Source of the DNA: Candidatus Omnitrophota bacterium | Lineage (GTDB): Bacteria > Omnitrophota > Gorgyraeia > Zapsychrales > JANLHA01 | NCBI GenBank assembly: GCA_963662715.1 | Contig: OY759724.1 | Location: 2,700,001-2,732,000, forward strand | DNA length: 32,000 nucleotides | Reading direction: 5' to 3' | Shown: positions 1 through 8,412 of the stretch, piece after piece | How the letters are laid out: the number at the start of each line of letters is the position of its first letter | Position numbering within the stretch: the first letter of the stretch is position 1 | Notes under the pieces: generated by a model | Told to the model about the DNA's origin: nothing | Databases searched by the model: none | What the model saw: only the letters and a program-made list of their open reading frames with translations | Translations under genes and position numbers: made by a program

Positions 1-72
1 GGTCGCATTCAATTTGGAAGACGGGAAAGTCCGTTGTCAAAGATTCGGAGATACGATAGAGGAGTTTTAGTT

Positions 73-675
73 ATGTTAAACGAGCCAAGAATCAACAAAG
101 CGATTAAAATGGTTGCGAAGTTAAGCATTGATAAGGGGTCTCAGGTTTTTTCGAAACTGATCAAGACCGGCGCCCGCATCGATATGGAAAACGCCTTTTT
201 GGGGGATTTAACAACCGTTACGGAAGATATTAACCGCCAGAACACCAGCGTTGTCGGGGCGATCATCAACCTGGTCGGGGACGCTAATTTTAAGTTCTTA
301 TTTTATGTGCAGATCGAAGACAGTATGATCTTGGCCGACCTAATGCTGAAGCGGGAAGTGGGGACAACTAAGGAATTTGATATTTACGCTTCCAGCGCTG
401 TGCAGGAAGTGGGAAATATTTTGGCAAGCGCTATTTCCGGGGTTTTTGCGTCGGATTTCAGCATCAATTTAAAGCCAACACCCCCTGTCGTGATCAACGA
501 TTTTGTCGGTTCTCTCTTTCAGGAATTCTTGCTCAGTTCTGTGGGAGAAAAGAATGAAATCCTTATTATTGAAAGCTGTTTTCACATCGTGCGGAACAAT
601 ATTCATGCCCACATGTTTTTGCTCCCGTTGGGAGATAGCGAAAAAGTATTAAGTTATATTGCCAATACTATGTAG
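73..675 (+). CDS. CheC/CheX-family CheY-P phosphatase
   Basis: The track ORF 34..675 starts at TTG. The in-frame ATG at 73 has GGAG at 61-64 (8-nt spacing). The C-terminal half carries an exact S-x3-E-x2-N-x22-P phosphatase signature (SAVQEVGN...INLKPTPP). A CheY-like gene follows after 14 nt. Confidence 0.7.
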   Translation: MLNEPRINKAIKMVAKLSIDKGSQVFSKLIKTGARIDMENAFLGDLTTVTEDINRQNTSVVGAIINLVGDANFKFLFYVQIEDSMILADLMLKREVGTTKEFDIYASSAVQEVGNILASAISGVFASDFSINLKPTPPVVINDFVGSLFQEFLLSSVGEKNEILIIESCFHIVRNNIHAHMFLLPLGDSEKVLSYIANTM

Positions 676-689
676 AAACGAGGTGTTTT

Positions 690-1058
690 ATGTCCAAAAG
701 AATTGTTATCGTTGATGACGCGCCGATCATCCGCTCGATGCTGAGGGATATCCTGGAACAGGGGGGCTACGAGGTTATTGCGGAATGTAATAATGGTTTT
801 GAAGCCGTGGAAACCTATCGCGAACTGAATCCCGATCTCCTGACTATGGATATTGTCATGCCGGAGAAAGACGGCCTGGAGGCTTTGCACGATATCTTGG
901 CCATTGACGGGAACGCCAAGATTGTTATGGTCACAGCTGTTGATCAACGGGTATCCTTAATGAAAGCGATTCGGGCCGGTGCGGTGGATTATATCATTAA
1001 ACCGTTTGAGAGTGAACGGGTCCTGTCTGCCGTCCGGACAGCCTTGGGCGTAGAATAG
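690..1058 (+). CDS. cheY: CheY-like single-domain response regulator
   Basis: 122-aa stand-alone receiver. It has the acidic pair (IVDDAP), phospho-acceptor Asp (LTMDIVMP), Thr (MVTAV) and Lys (IIKPF). It is adjacent to the CheC-like gene. Confidence 0.8.
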   Translation: MSKRIVIVDDAPIIRSMLRDILEQGGYEVIAECNNGFEAVETYRELNPDLLTMDIVMPEKDGLEALHDILAIDGNAKIVMVTAVDQRVSLMKAIRAGAVDYIIKPFESERVLSAVRTALGVE

Positions 1059-1067
1059 GAGGGGCAT

Positions 1068-1466
1068 GTGTTAAAAGCAGCTAAAATTATGACAAAAGAG
1101 GTGATCTTTGTTAAGCCGACAACGACATTGCTGGAGGCGATGAGCCTTCTCGTGAAACATAAAATCAGCGGGTTGCCTGTCGTTGATGATCAGGAAAAAA
1201 TTGTCGGAATGATAACCGAGAAGGACTTTCTGCAACTGTTGGTGAGTGATTTTATTACAAGCAACGAACTCGTCGGGGACTATATGTCCAAGGACGTGCA
1301 GTTTTTTGGCCCTGAGGACAGTGTTATTTTGATTTGCGATTTTTTCATGAAAATGAATGTCCGCCGTGTTCCTATTGTTGAAAACGGGAAAATGGTCGGG
1401 GTTATCAGCCGCAGAGATATTATTGATTTGATCCTGAAATCTTCCAGATCCAAGACGTCATTCTAG
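1068..1466 (+). CDS. CBS-pair domain protein
   Basis: Two tandem CBS motifs (IMTKEVIFVKP...ISGLPVVDD..IVGMITEKDFL and YMSKDVQFFGP...VRRVPIVENGKMVGVISRRDII). The start is GTG at 1068, with an alternative ATG at 1089. Confidence 0.8.
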   Translation: MLKAAKIMTKEVIFVKPTTTLLEAMSLLVKHKISGLPVVDDQEKIVGMITEKDFLQLLVSDFITSNELVGDYMSKDVQFFGPEDSVILICDFFMKMNVRRVPIVENGKMVGVISRRDIIDLILKSSRSKTSF

Positions 1467-1495
1467 GCACCGGTCGATTCGGAGGAAGTTTTCTT

Positions 1496-2182
1496 ATGGC
1501 CTATGAATATACGGTGGGTAAAATTTTGAATTTGCGGGAGGAACAGGAAAAAACCCTCAAGACACCGTGTTTGAAACCCAATGTTATTTTGCAGGGGATG
1601 TATATCACCTTTGATCTTTTTTATGGGCCAAAGCGCACCCTCCCGAAGTTTCTTGTCCTGGAAATTCTGGCCCGCTACCCTTATTGGGCCTGGGAACAGG
1701 GAAGCTATAAAAAACTTTCCCGGATTTATGCTCGCCCCGCACCGGCAGACCAAGAAACGGTTAAGCAACTGCTGCAGACGATTCAGTTAGGCCGGGACAG
1801 CCAGGATAATGAACAGTGGCATATGTTGCTGTTGGCTGATATTATTCAGCAGAAGGGGATCCGGCTGGGGTGGCTGAAACATGGCCTTCTGCCAAGAATT
1901 ATGGCCGGTGTCTATTATTGTCTTACTCGTCTTATTTATTGGATTAAGCCTGCCTGGTCGTTCTCCATGAATGCCGCTTTTGAATCTCATGCCGAACACG
2001 AATATATGGCCATGGCTCAGGAAAATACCGGCTGGGACGAGGAAGAAGTACATTCATTCTGTTTTGCATATTATCCCCGGCAGAACTCCCTGAACGATCT
2101 TCTGCGTCGTATCGCTCTTGATGAACGGGATCATATGTTTCATTCTTTGGAAGAACATGAGCGGTTAACGGGAGGAAGCTGA
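1496..2182 (+). CDS. Alternative oxidase / plastid terminal oxidase-like di-iron carboxylate protein
   Basis: Four iron-ligand motifs occur in the AOX order: LVLEILARYPYW (E), DNEQWH (E-x2-H), ESHAEHEY (E), LDERDHMFH (E-x2-H). GGAGGA lies upstream of the ATG. Confidence 0.7.
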   Translation: MAYEYTVGKILNLREEQEKTLKTPCLKPNVILQGMYITFDLFYGPKRTLPKFLVLEILARYPYWAWEQGSYKKLSRIYARPAPADQETVKQLLQTIQLGRDSQDNEQWHMLLLADIIQQKGIRLGWLKHGLLPRIMAGVYYCLTRLIYWIKPAWSFSMNAAFESHAEHEYMAMAQENTGWDEEEVHSFCFAYYPRQNSLNDLLRRIALDERDHMFHSLEEHERLTGGS

Positions 2183-2258
2183 TATCGGGGAGGCATGATT
2201 TCAGTTGAGGTTGAGCATTTTTGAATTATTAATCTTGCAAGATGACAGGGAGAGTTGA

Positions 2259-2630
2259 ATGAAAAAAATTTTAGCTGTAGATGATGAACCCGTTGATCTG
2301 AAACTGATTCAAGATACGCTCAGGAAAAATAATTACGAGGTCTTGACGGCATCAAACGGGCCCGAAGGCATAGCCAAAGCCAGGGAGTATCAGCCGGATC
2401 TGATTATCATGGATATTCTTATGCCGGGGATGGACGGCACGGAAGCCTACAGCCGTATTAAAGCCGATCCCCAAACCGAAACTATTCCGGTGCTGTTTTT
2501 GACAGCTGTTCTATCAAAAGAGGAGGAGCAGTTAGGCGCCAATATTGAAGAATCTTTTTTCCATGTTATTGCCAAGCCATTCAATCATCAGGACTTGCTG
2601 GCAAGGATTAAAGATATTATTGGCGAATGA
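2259..2630 (+). CDS. Stand-alone response regulator receiver protein
   Basis: AVDDEP, IIMDILMPGMDG, FLTAV and IAKPF give the complete receiver signature. There is no output domain. Confidence 0.85.
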   Translation: MKKILAVDDEPVDLKLIQDTLRKNNYEVLTASNGPEGIAKAREYQPDLIIMDILMPGMDGTEAYSRIKADPQTETIPVLFLTAVLSKEEEQLGANIEESFFHVIAKPFNHQDLLARIKDIIGE

Positions 2631-2646
2631 GGGCCAGATAATTATT

Positions 2647-3195
2647 ATGCCTGCACGATTATTCCTTTCACGTACGTTGGTTTTGTGTCTTTTCCTGACA
2701 ACCCTTGTGTCTTCCTTCAACCCGGTCCCGCTCGAGGCATCCGAGGAGAGTTATTACTACAAACAGGCTCTTAAGCTTGTTAGAGAAGGCCGTTGGGATG
2801 CTGCGTATGCTTATTATAATTCTATTTTACGTAATCCCAAGTCCCGGTATTACAAGGTGGCCTTGTTTGCCAAAGCGGAATATTACATGCTCTCGAAAGA
2901 TTACCGGGCCGCAAAATTGGCTTGGGAAAACTTCATTGAACAATATCCTGACGCCCCGGAAACACTTTTTGTTTATGTCCACTGCTACCGTATTGCCCAA
3001 AAGGAACGGGCGTCGGATGTCGCGGAGAATTATAAGCAGAAAATTGTTCAGTCACAACAATTGAGTCTTGTTTTCCGGAAATCCAAGAAATTTGATTTTA
3101 CATCCCCGTTTCTGCACAAATATCAGGCCGTTTACAGTATTGATAAGATAGAATTTTTAAAAGATGGAATTCCCTTTGAGAAGATACTTTACTAA
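2647..3195 (+). CDS. Secreted TPR-like protein (BamD/YbgF-like)
   Basis: The track ORF 2545..3195 overlaps the upstream receiver gene by 86 nt. The internal ATG at 2647 yields a signal peptide (MPARLFLSRTLVLCLFLTTLVSS). TPR-like helices follow, with an FIEQYPDAPE motif typical of BamD/YbgF-type proteins. Confidence 0.6.
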   Translation: MPARLFLSRTLVLCLFLTTLVSSFNPVPLEASEESYYYKQALKLVREGRWDAAYAYYNSILRNPKSRYYKVALFAKAEYYMLSKDYRAAKLAWENFIEQYPDAPETLFVYVHCYRIAQKERASDVAENYKQKIVQSQQLSLVFRKSKKFDFTSPFLHKYQAVYSIDKIEFLKDGIPFEKILY

Positions 3196-5143
3196 GTGGT
3201 TAGCCGGCATTGCGATCTCGCTGTGTATCTTTCTTCTTATGGCCTCTCTGGGCGTTTCCCTGGCGATCCGTTTCTGCCGCAAATCTTTTCTGCAGAATAT
3301 CAACCGACACGTTCCCGGGGTTGAGTGGGATATGGGTGAGGTTTATTATCTGGCTCCGAATTATCTTGTGGTCCACGACATCCAAATGCGCCAAGTGTCT
3401 TCCGGTAGCCCGGTTCCACTGCTGAGGATCCCCCGGTTGATTCTCAGCTTTTCTCTCTGGGATTTCCTGAAATCCCGGGACCTTCATCTTTCTTTTGTCT
3501 CGATGAATAAAATGCAGGGTGATTATCTTAAGGCTTGGACGATCCTAAAACATTATGAAAAGTTTTTGCCTGCCTCCGCGGACACAGACTTTTCCCGCAT
3601 GAAGATCCGCTTTAAAGACTGCGAGATCAGAAAAAGCAGTGCGGTTGCGGTTTACCCGGAGGATGGCTATCTCCTTAATGCCGTCCTGTATAAGAGAAAA
3701 CATAACCTCGAAAGCCGGGGAACGGTCGGTCCGCTTCGGGCAGGGGGTTGGTACAGAGACTCCGGGTCGGTTTTAAATTTTGAGATGAATCTTGAAATCG
3801 GGCAGGGGGCGGGTTTGATTAAGACCTTGAATTTTAAGCACCCTTCCGGAGAAGGCCGCTGGCAGGGGCATTGGAAAGGCGGGGCCGTGGCCCTCAACGG
3901 ATACGCTCTGTTCGATACGAGGTCCCCAAGGGACGGCCCGTTTTTGTTTTTGGGCTTGAAACGGAGCCGGCCCGCATTTAACCCTGACATTTTTATCCTG
4001 GATTTGAACGGAAAATTTCAACTCAAAGAGGCCCGAGTCGATATTGATGCATTTGATTTTACTTTAAATTCCATCCCCGTTAACATCCGGGGGGCGGTTT
4101 TTCTCTCCCGCAACCCGGCGTCTCAGCTTAACATTCACGTCCAGTCGCCCTTGCTCAAAGGGTATGTCCGGAGCTGGAATAAAGTGCAGGGGGAAATCAA
4201 AACGAAATGGCGGCAAGGGCGTTTCCTGAGCGACGGCGGGATTCAATTCTTATTTGACTCGGCTGATTTGCCCCCCGGAGAAACCGCGGCTCCGGTCTTA
4301 TGTGATTTTGCGGGACTGGATTTTGACGGGCAGAATGGTGTCCTGAAATTATCACTGCGGAAGGCCTTTATACGGAAGAATTTTTCCGGCCGGGACAGGC
4401 AGGTTACTTTGAACGATATCCGGATTTTTTGGAATAAACGGCTAAAGGATGTGGCGGTCCTTGATTTTTCCTCCGGGCTTTATTCGGGAGATGTCAGGGC
4501 CCGCGTATGGTTTCTTTCTAAAGAGGACTTTGACGACAGATTATATATCTTGCTGAACATGAAGGAAGTCCGTTTGGATGAATTTCACAGGGAGGGGACG
4601 GAGGGCAGCCGTGTTTCCGGCTCCTTGGCCAGCCGGTGGTTTATCCAGAGTGATCCTGCTTTTTTAGCGAAAGGGTCCGTGGACTTGGCAGAGGGACAAC
4701 TGATAAATATAAAGTTCCTGGTTTGGTTTGCGGATGCTTTCGGCTTCAAGGCGATGAAACGCCTTGCGTATAACCGCCTGTCATGTGCCGCCGTTATCGA
4801 TCCGGAGGGGCTGCATATTGACAGGCTGAGCCTTATGGCTGATCAGGTGAGTATTCGCGGGAATTTTTCTGTTTCCAAGGAAAAAATGATTTCGAGCAGG
4901 ATTTCGGTCATTATTGACCGGCCTTATTTGCAGGAATCTCCTGAATTGTATCAGCTTTTGAAGGAAACGGCAGAGGAAAATGAAAAGTATAATTTTGAGT
5001 TTCAGCTATCCGGATCTTTGGGATCAATGAATTTTCAGTGGCTGCCATCCCGGGTTAAAGAGGCTATCCAAATAAAGGTCCCTGATTTTGTGGAACGGCG
5101 TATTGAAAGAAACATTGACCAGATGATTCAAACCAGACCGTGA
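3164..5143 (+). CDS. Large membrane-anchored envelope protein, AsmA/TamB-like (tentative)
   Basis: 659 aa with a single N-terminal TM helix (WLAGIAISLCIFLLMASLGVSLAI) and a long beta-rich body. The C-terminal FQLSGSLGSMNFQW segment resembles AsmA-family ends. It overlaps the preceding TPR gene by 32 nt. Confidence 0.45.
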   Translation: MEFPLRRYFTKWLAGIAISLCIFLLMASLGVSLAIRFCRKSFLQNINRHVPGVEWDMGEVYYLAPNYLVVHDIQMRQVSSGSPVPLLRIPRLILSFSLWDFLKSRDLHLSFVSMNKMQGDYLKAWTILKHYEKFLPASADTDFSRMKIRFKDCEIRKSSAVAVYPEDGYLLNAVLYKRKHNLESRGTVGPLRAGGWYRDSGSVLNFEMNLEIGQGAGLIKTLNFKHPSGEGRWQGHWKGGAVALNGYALFDTRSPRDGPFLFLGLKRSRPAFNPDIFILDLNGKFQLKEARVDIDAFDFTLNSIPVNIRGAVFLSRNPASQLNIHVQSPLLKGYVRSWNKVQGEIKTKWRQGRFLSDGGIQFLFDSADLPPGETAAPVLCDFAGLDFDGQNGVLKLSLRKAFIRKNFSGRDRQVTLNDIRIFWNKRLKDVAVLDFSSGLYSGDVRARVWFLSKEDFDDRLYILLNMKEVRLDEFHREGTEGSRVSGSLASRWFIQSDPAFLAKGSVDLAEGQLINIKFLVWFADAFGFKAMKRLAYNRLSCAAVIDPEGLHIDRLSLMADQVSIRGNFSVSKEKMISSRISVIIDRPYLQESPELYQLLKETAEENEKYNFEFQLSGSLGSMNFQWLPSRVKEAIQIKVPDFVERRIERNIDQMIQTRP

Positions 5144-5197
5144 CCTTTTACGGAAAAAATAGTTTTTATATTGATTTAGTTTTATACTTATATTGTC

Positions 5198-5500
5198 ATG
5201 GCAGAAAATATGCTGGACCAATCTTCAGAATACTTGAAGTTTCAGCTGGAACAGGCGCAAAAATGGGAGAGTCTTTGCAGCCGTTGCGGTGCCTGTTGCG
5301 GTGTGCTGGACGGCGATCCTTGTCGAAACCTGCAGAAAGGCCCGGACGGACGATATCATTGCCGTATTTACGAGACAAGGTTCGGCTTGCAGCAGACAAA
5401 AGGGGGGCGGCTCTTTCGGTGCGTGCCTATACGGGATATCCTGAACGACTCCTGGCCGGGGCGGAATCAGTGCCGGTATATCCGGTCCGGGAATTCGTAA
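5198..5500 (+). CDS. YkgJ-family Cys-cluster protein (CxxCxxCC, UPF0153)
   Basis: CSRCGACC motif plus further conserved Cys residues (C..C at DGRYHCRIY and RLFRCVP). The size of 100 aa is typical for the family. Confidence 0.7.
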   Translation: MAENMLDQSSEYLKFQLEQAQKWESLCSRCGACCGVLDGDPCRNLQKGPDGRYHCRIYETRFGLQQTKGGRLFRCVPIRDILNDSWPGRNQCRYIRSGNS

Positions 5501-5530
5501 GAGAAAATCATGAAAAATTTTCTTTACACA

Positions 5531-5559
5531 TTGACATTGTACGACTTTCAAGATATAAA
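5531..5559 (+). promoter_or_regulatory. Sigma-70-type promoter (TTGACA-17 nt-TATAAA)
   Basis: TTGACA at 5531-5536, a 17-nt spacer, and TATAAA at 5554-5559. It lies about 60 nt upstream of the 5621 CDS. Confidence 0.55.
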
Positions 5560-5620
5560 TTATAAGAGGAACAGCCTTATATGGGCAATTGTTCAATAAC
5601 CAATAAAATGGAGGCATAAC

Positions 5621-5914
5621 ATGGTTGAATACGATGTAGAGCTCATTAAAGAATTTTCGCGGAGACTATATGCCCAGTCAAAAGCCACGACGATGCGACA
5701 TTTTTTCATCGGGATATTTTTTGGGGTTATTGTTTTTGGAGCCATTAGTGATGCCTTGTTGGCTAGTTTTGATGCCTTGATTATTGCGATTGGCGCCATG
5801 ATAGGTGGGGTTATGGGATATGGCTCTGGCCAGAATCGTTCATTTGAGCTTAAAATGCAGGCGCAACAAGCACTTTGTCAGGTTCGTATCGAAGAAAATA
5901 CCCGTAAAAAATAA
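5621..5914 (+). CDS. Small two-helix membrane protein, unknown function
   Basis: GGAGG lies 7 nt upstream of the ATG. There are two hydrophobic helices (HFFIGIFFGVIVFGAI, ALIIAIGAMIGGVMGYG). A strong terminator follows. Confidence 0.6.
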   Translation: MVEYDVELIKEFSRRLYAQSKATTMRHFFIGIFFGVIVFGAISDALLASFDALIIAIGAMIGGVMGYGSGQNRSFELKMQAQQALCQVRIEENTRKK

Positions 5915-5963
5915 TTGTGCGATCTGCCTGTTTGATACCTAGATTATTATTTTGAGAGTCTGA

Positions 5964-5994
5964 AGTCCTGGCTGAAAAGCCAGGACTTTTTTTG
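5964..5994 (+). terminator. Rho-independent terminator
   Basis: Perfect 9-bp stem agtcctggc/gccaggact with a 6-nt loop, followed by a T7 run. Confidence 0.85.
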
Positions 5995-6042
5995 TCGTCT
6001 GCTCTCTGACGTTATTTTTAGCGGAAATAACAGAGTGTCGGT

Positions 6043-6912
6043 ATGTCCTCATCTTTTAAGATGCCTCATATTTTTATCGCAAGCCATGACCAGAAATTAA
6101 TTCAGCGGTTGGGCTTGCTATGCAAACAATCGGGATATCATTTGCATTGGCCCGGTCACGGGAGGGCGGCTATCCCGTCTGCCCTGGAAAGGTCTATCGA
6201 TTTATTTGTTGTTGATGAGGAATGGAACAGCGGGTCTTCCTATGAGTTTTGTAAAAGCATAAAAACGACCAAGCAGTTTGCGGTGGTTCCCATAATTCTT
6301 CTTTTAAAACGGAAGCAGCGAGAAGAGGCTTTCAAAGTGTTGGGTGTGGAACGCATATGTTATCAGCCGGTTGACGAATACTTTCTCTTGTCCCAAATAT
6401 CCGGCCTTTTGATCCAAAAACCCCCGTCCTTTGAGAGTTTCGATGCCATCGTGTCCCAGCGCCAGTCCCGTTTATACCGCAAGAGAGTGCTTGTCGGGGG
6501 GCAGGACCAAAGAAGCGGGGGGCTTATGGTTCGGCTTTTGCAGGAGGAAGATTGTGATGTGATTTCCGTGAACACCGGCCAAGAGCTTATCCGGCGGGCC
6601 AGGTCCTCTCGTCCGCAAATCATTATCATGGATGTGCTGCTGGGGGAGGGGAATTCATCCTTTGAAATTATTGAAGCTATCCGGGCGGACCCCGCCTGCC
6701 AGGGGATGCCGATATTCATTTACAGCTTTTACCGGGTTTCCGAACTGGGAAGTGAAGATATTAATCAAAGGGTGAATATCGTTGATGACGCTGTCGAAGC
6801 CTGTCTCCAGGCCGGAGCGACGGCGTCTCTCGGTGGTTTTTCTGAAAGGACGTTTATTCAGAGGTTGAACCAGTGCCTGGCGGGGACGAAGATGAATGAT
6901 CATGAATCCTAG
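6043..6912 (+). CDS. Tandem receiver-like (pseudo-receiver) protein
   Basis: Two receiver-shaped halves are present (DLFVVDEEW and IIIMDVLL mark the phospho-acceptor positions). Both lack the N-terminal acidic pair (IASHDQ, VGGQDQ), and there is no output domain. Confidence 0.6.
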   Translation: MSSSFKMPHIFIASHDQKLIQRLGLLCKQSGYHLHWPGHGRAAIPSALERSIDLFVVDEEWNSGSSYEFCKSIKTTKQFAVVPIILLLKRKQREEAFKVLGVERICYQPVDEYFLLSQISGLLIQKPPSFESFDAIVSQRQSRLYRKRVLVGGQDQRSGGLMVRLLQEEDCDVISVNTGQELIRRARSSRPQIIIMDVLLGEGNSSFEIIEAIRADPACQGMPIFIYSFYRVSELGSEDINQRVNIVDDAVEACLQAGATASLGGFSERTFIQRLNQCLAGTKMNDHES

Positions 6913-6921
6913 GAGGGAATA

Positions 6922-7281
6922 ATGAACGTTGCTGTCATTGGCGCCTCAGATAAAGAGGACCGGTATGCCTACAAGGCCATAAAACTCCTTAAAGAGCAGG
7001 GGCATAAAATTTTTCCTGTTCATCAAAGGGTCAAGACGGTGCAGGGGTTGTCTGTTTATCCGACGTTGGCGGATGTCGGAGAACCGCTGCACACCGTAAC
7101 GCTTTATGTCGGGGCTGATGTTTCGACCCGGATCAAGGATGTCATTATCCAGAAACAGCCGCAACGGGTCATTTTTAATCCCGGGGCAGAGAATCCGGAG
7201 CTTGAAAAGCTGGCCCGGGAGAACGGGATTCAAGTCCTCAGGGCCTGTACTATTATTCTGTTGAAAACAAATCAGTTTTAG
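6922..7281 (+). CDS. CoA-binding domain protein (YccU-like)
   Basis: N-terminal VAVIGASDKEDRYAYKAIKLL and FNPGAEN motifs. The size of 119 aa is typical. Confidence 0.7.
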   Translation: MNVAVIGASDKEDRYAYKAIKLLKEQGHKIFPVHQRVKTVQGLSVYPTLADVGEPLHTVTLYVGADVSTRIKDVIIQKQPQRVIFNPGAENPELEKLARENGIQVLRACTIILLKTNQF

Positions 7282-7306
7282 CCCAAAACCATGAAAGGTT
7301 GGAAAT

Positions 7307-7630
7307 ATGCCTGAGCAGGTTATGGCCCCTGAATCCCTGAAGAGGATCAGCGGGATACATTGTTTGTCCAAAGAGTATAACAATAAGGTCCGTAAAGACC
7401 ACAGCCAGCGATTGCTGGAGTTGATGGAAAAACACGTGGCCGAAATCAGGGATTTAAAAGAAGCTCAGAATAAGCATTTTCTGGTGGAAACGGGGGATTT
7501 GATTATCCTCTGTTTTGAGCTGCTTCTTGAGCATCAATATCCCATCGATGATATGATATCGCGTTGCTTCGGCCGCTATGAGACGAAGCTCAAGACATTA
7601 TTGCTCGAAGCTGATGCTGAAATATTTTAA
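7307..7630 (+). CDS. MazG-like nucleotide pyrophosphohydrolase domain protein
   Basis: E-x2-E (ELME), then 19 residues, then E-x2-D (ETGD). This matches the MazG metal-binding signature in a roughly 100-aa all-helical protein. Confidence 0.6.
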   Translation: MPEQVMAPESLKRISGIHCLSKEYNNKVRKDHSQRLLELMEKHVAEIRDLKEAQNKHFLVETGDLIILCFELLLEHQYPIDDMISRCFGRYETKLKTLLLEADAEIF

Positions 7631-7667
7631 TATCTTTGCCGGAGAAGACATTTAGCCGATATCCTCA

Positions 7668-7696
7668 TTGACAAGTTTTGGGAAATCAGGCATACT
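7668..7696 (+). promoter_or_regulatory. Sigma-70-type promoter for the cold-shock gene (TTGACA-17 nt-CATACT)
   Basis: TTGACA at 7668-7673, a 17-nt spacer, and CATACT at 7691-7696. It predicts a leader of about 160 nt, as is usual for csp genes. Confidence 0.55.
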
Positions 7697-7860
7697 AAAA
7701 TTGAAGTAAATAATAGCGTAGAAGTAGGTTACTTTTTTGGTGCCCTTTGGGACTTCATCCTGTGAAGTCGGTCCGTTGTGATTTTTCTGACATGAGGAGT
7801 ACGAAAGGTACCCGTTTCTGCCATTATTTGCTTGTATGAATGTAGAAAGGAGGGTAAGTA

Positions 7861-8061
7861 ATGGCAAAGGGTAAAGTGAAATGGTTTAATAACCAAAAGG
7901 GCTATGGTTTTATATCCCGCGATGAGGGTGAAGATGTTTTTGTCCATCATTCCGCGATACTGGGTGAAGGATATAAAACCCTGCAAGAAGGCCAAGATGT
8001 CGAATTTGAGATTGAAAACGGTCCTAAAGGTGATCATGCAAAAAATGTCGTAAAACAATAA
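7861..8061 (+). CDS. Cold-shock protein (CspA family)
   Basis: 66 aa with RNP1 KGYGFI and RNP2 VFVHH motifs. AGGAGGG lies upstream of the ATG. Confidence 0.95.
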   Translation: MAKGKVKWFNNQKGYGFISRDEGEDVFVHHSAILGEGYKTLQEGQDVEFEIENGPKGDHAKNVVKQ

Positions 8062-8089
8062 TTTATATTTTTTATCTGTAACTGTTTAA

Positions 8090-8124
8090 GGAGGCCTCAT
8101 AAAACTGTGAGGCCTCCTGTTTTT
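8090..8124 (+). terminator. Rho-independent terminator
   Basis: 10-bp stem ggaggcctca/tgaggcctcc with an 8-nt loop, followed by tgttttt. Confidence 0.85.
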
Positions 8125-8264
8125 ATCCTCATTTTTCTTTGAGGAAGGAGGGGCTGAAATCCGTCAATGTCCGGTTGTCCACGCCGGAAGCGGGCTAAAA
8201 TGCCATCGTTAAAAGATGGCCGCTATTTCATTTGTTCTTTGCAGGAACTTTTTTACCATTTCAT

Positions 8265-8293
8265 TGACAATGGGGGTTTTCTTTTGTAATATT
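8265..8293 (+). promoter_or_regulatory. Sigma-70-type promoter (TTGACA-17 nt-TAATAT)
   Basis: TTGACA at 8265-8270, a 17-nt spacer, and TAATAT at 8288-8293, upstream of the oxidoreductase gene. Confidence 0.6.
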
Positions 8294-8412
8294 CGTTTAT
8301 GGAAAGGATTTATTGAGAGATCCTCTGAACCATTGGTCTCAGAGGTTTTGTCATGAGAGGCCGGGCATATTATCATGAAGCCCGGCTGACCGTCTTCATT
8401 TTAATATTTGAT

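Noticed and set aside
1463-2053. ORFs 1463..1768 -, 1581..1790 + and 1787..2053 - inside the AOX-like gene
   Set aside because: They overlap a frame that carries four ordered di-iron ligand motifs. Their products are motif-free and composition-skewed.
2545-2646. 5-prime extensions of track ORFs (2545, and similarly 34, 8353, 13934, 25896, 29219)
   Set aside because: The extensions overlap upstream genes, contain promoter elements, or start at TTG or GTG. In each case a downstream ATG gives a proper N-terminus (a signal peptide or a family-typical start).
5140-5617. ORFs 5140..5565 +, 5196..5399 - and 5225..5617 - around the YkgJ-like gene
   Set aside because: Only the 5198..5500 frame contains the CxxCxxCC cluster signature. 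The others are overlapping shadow frames.
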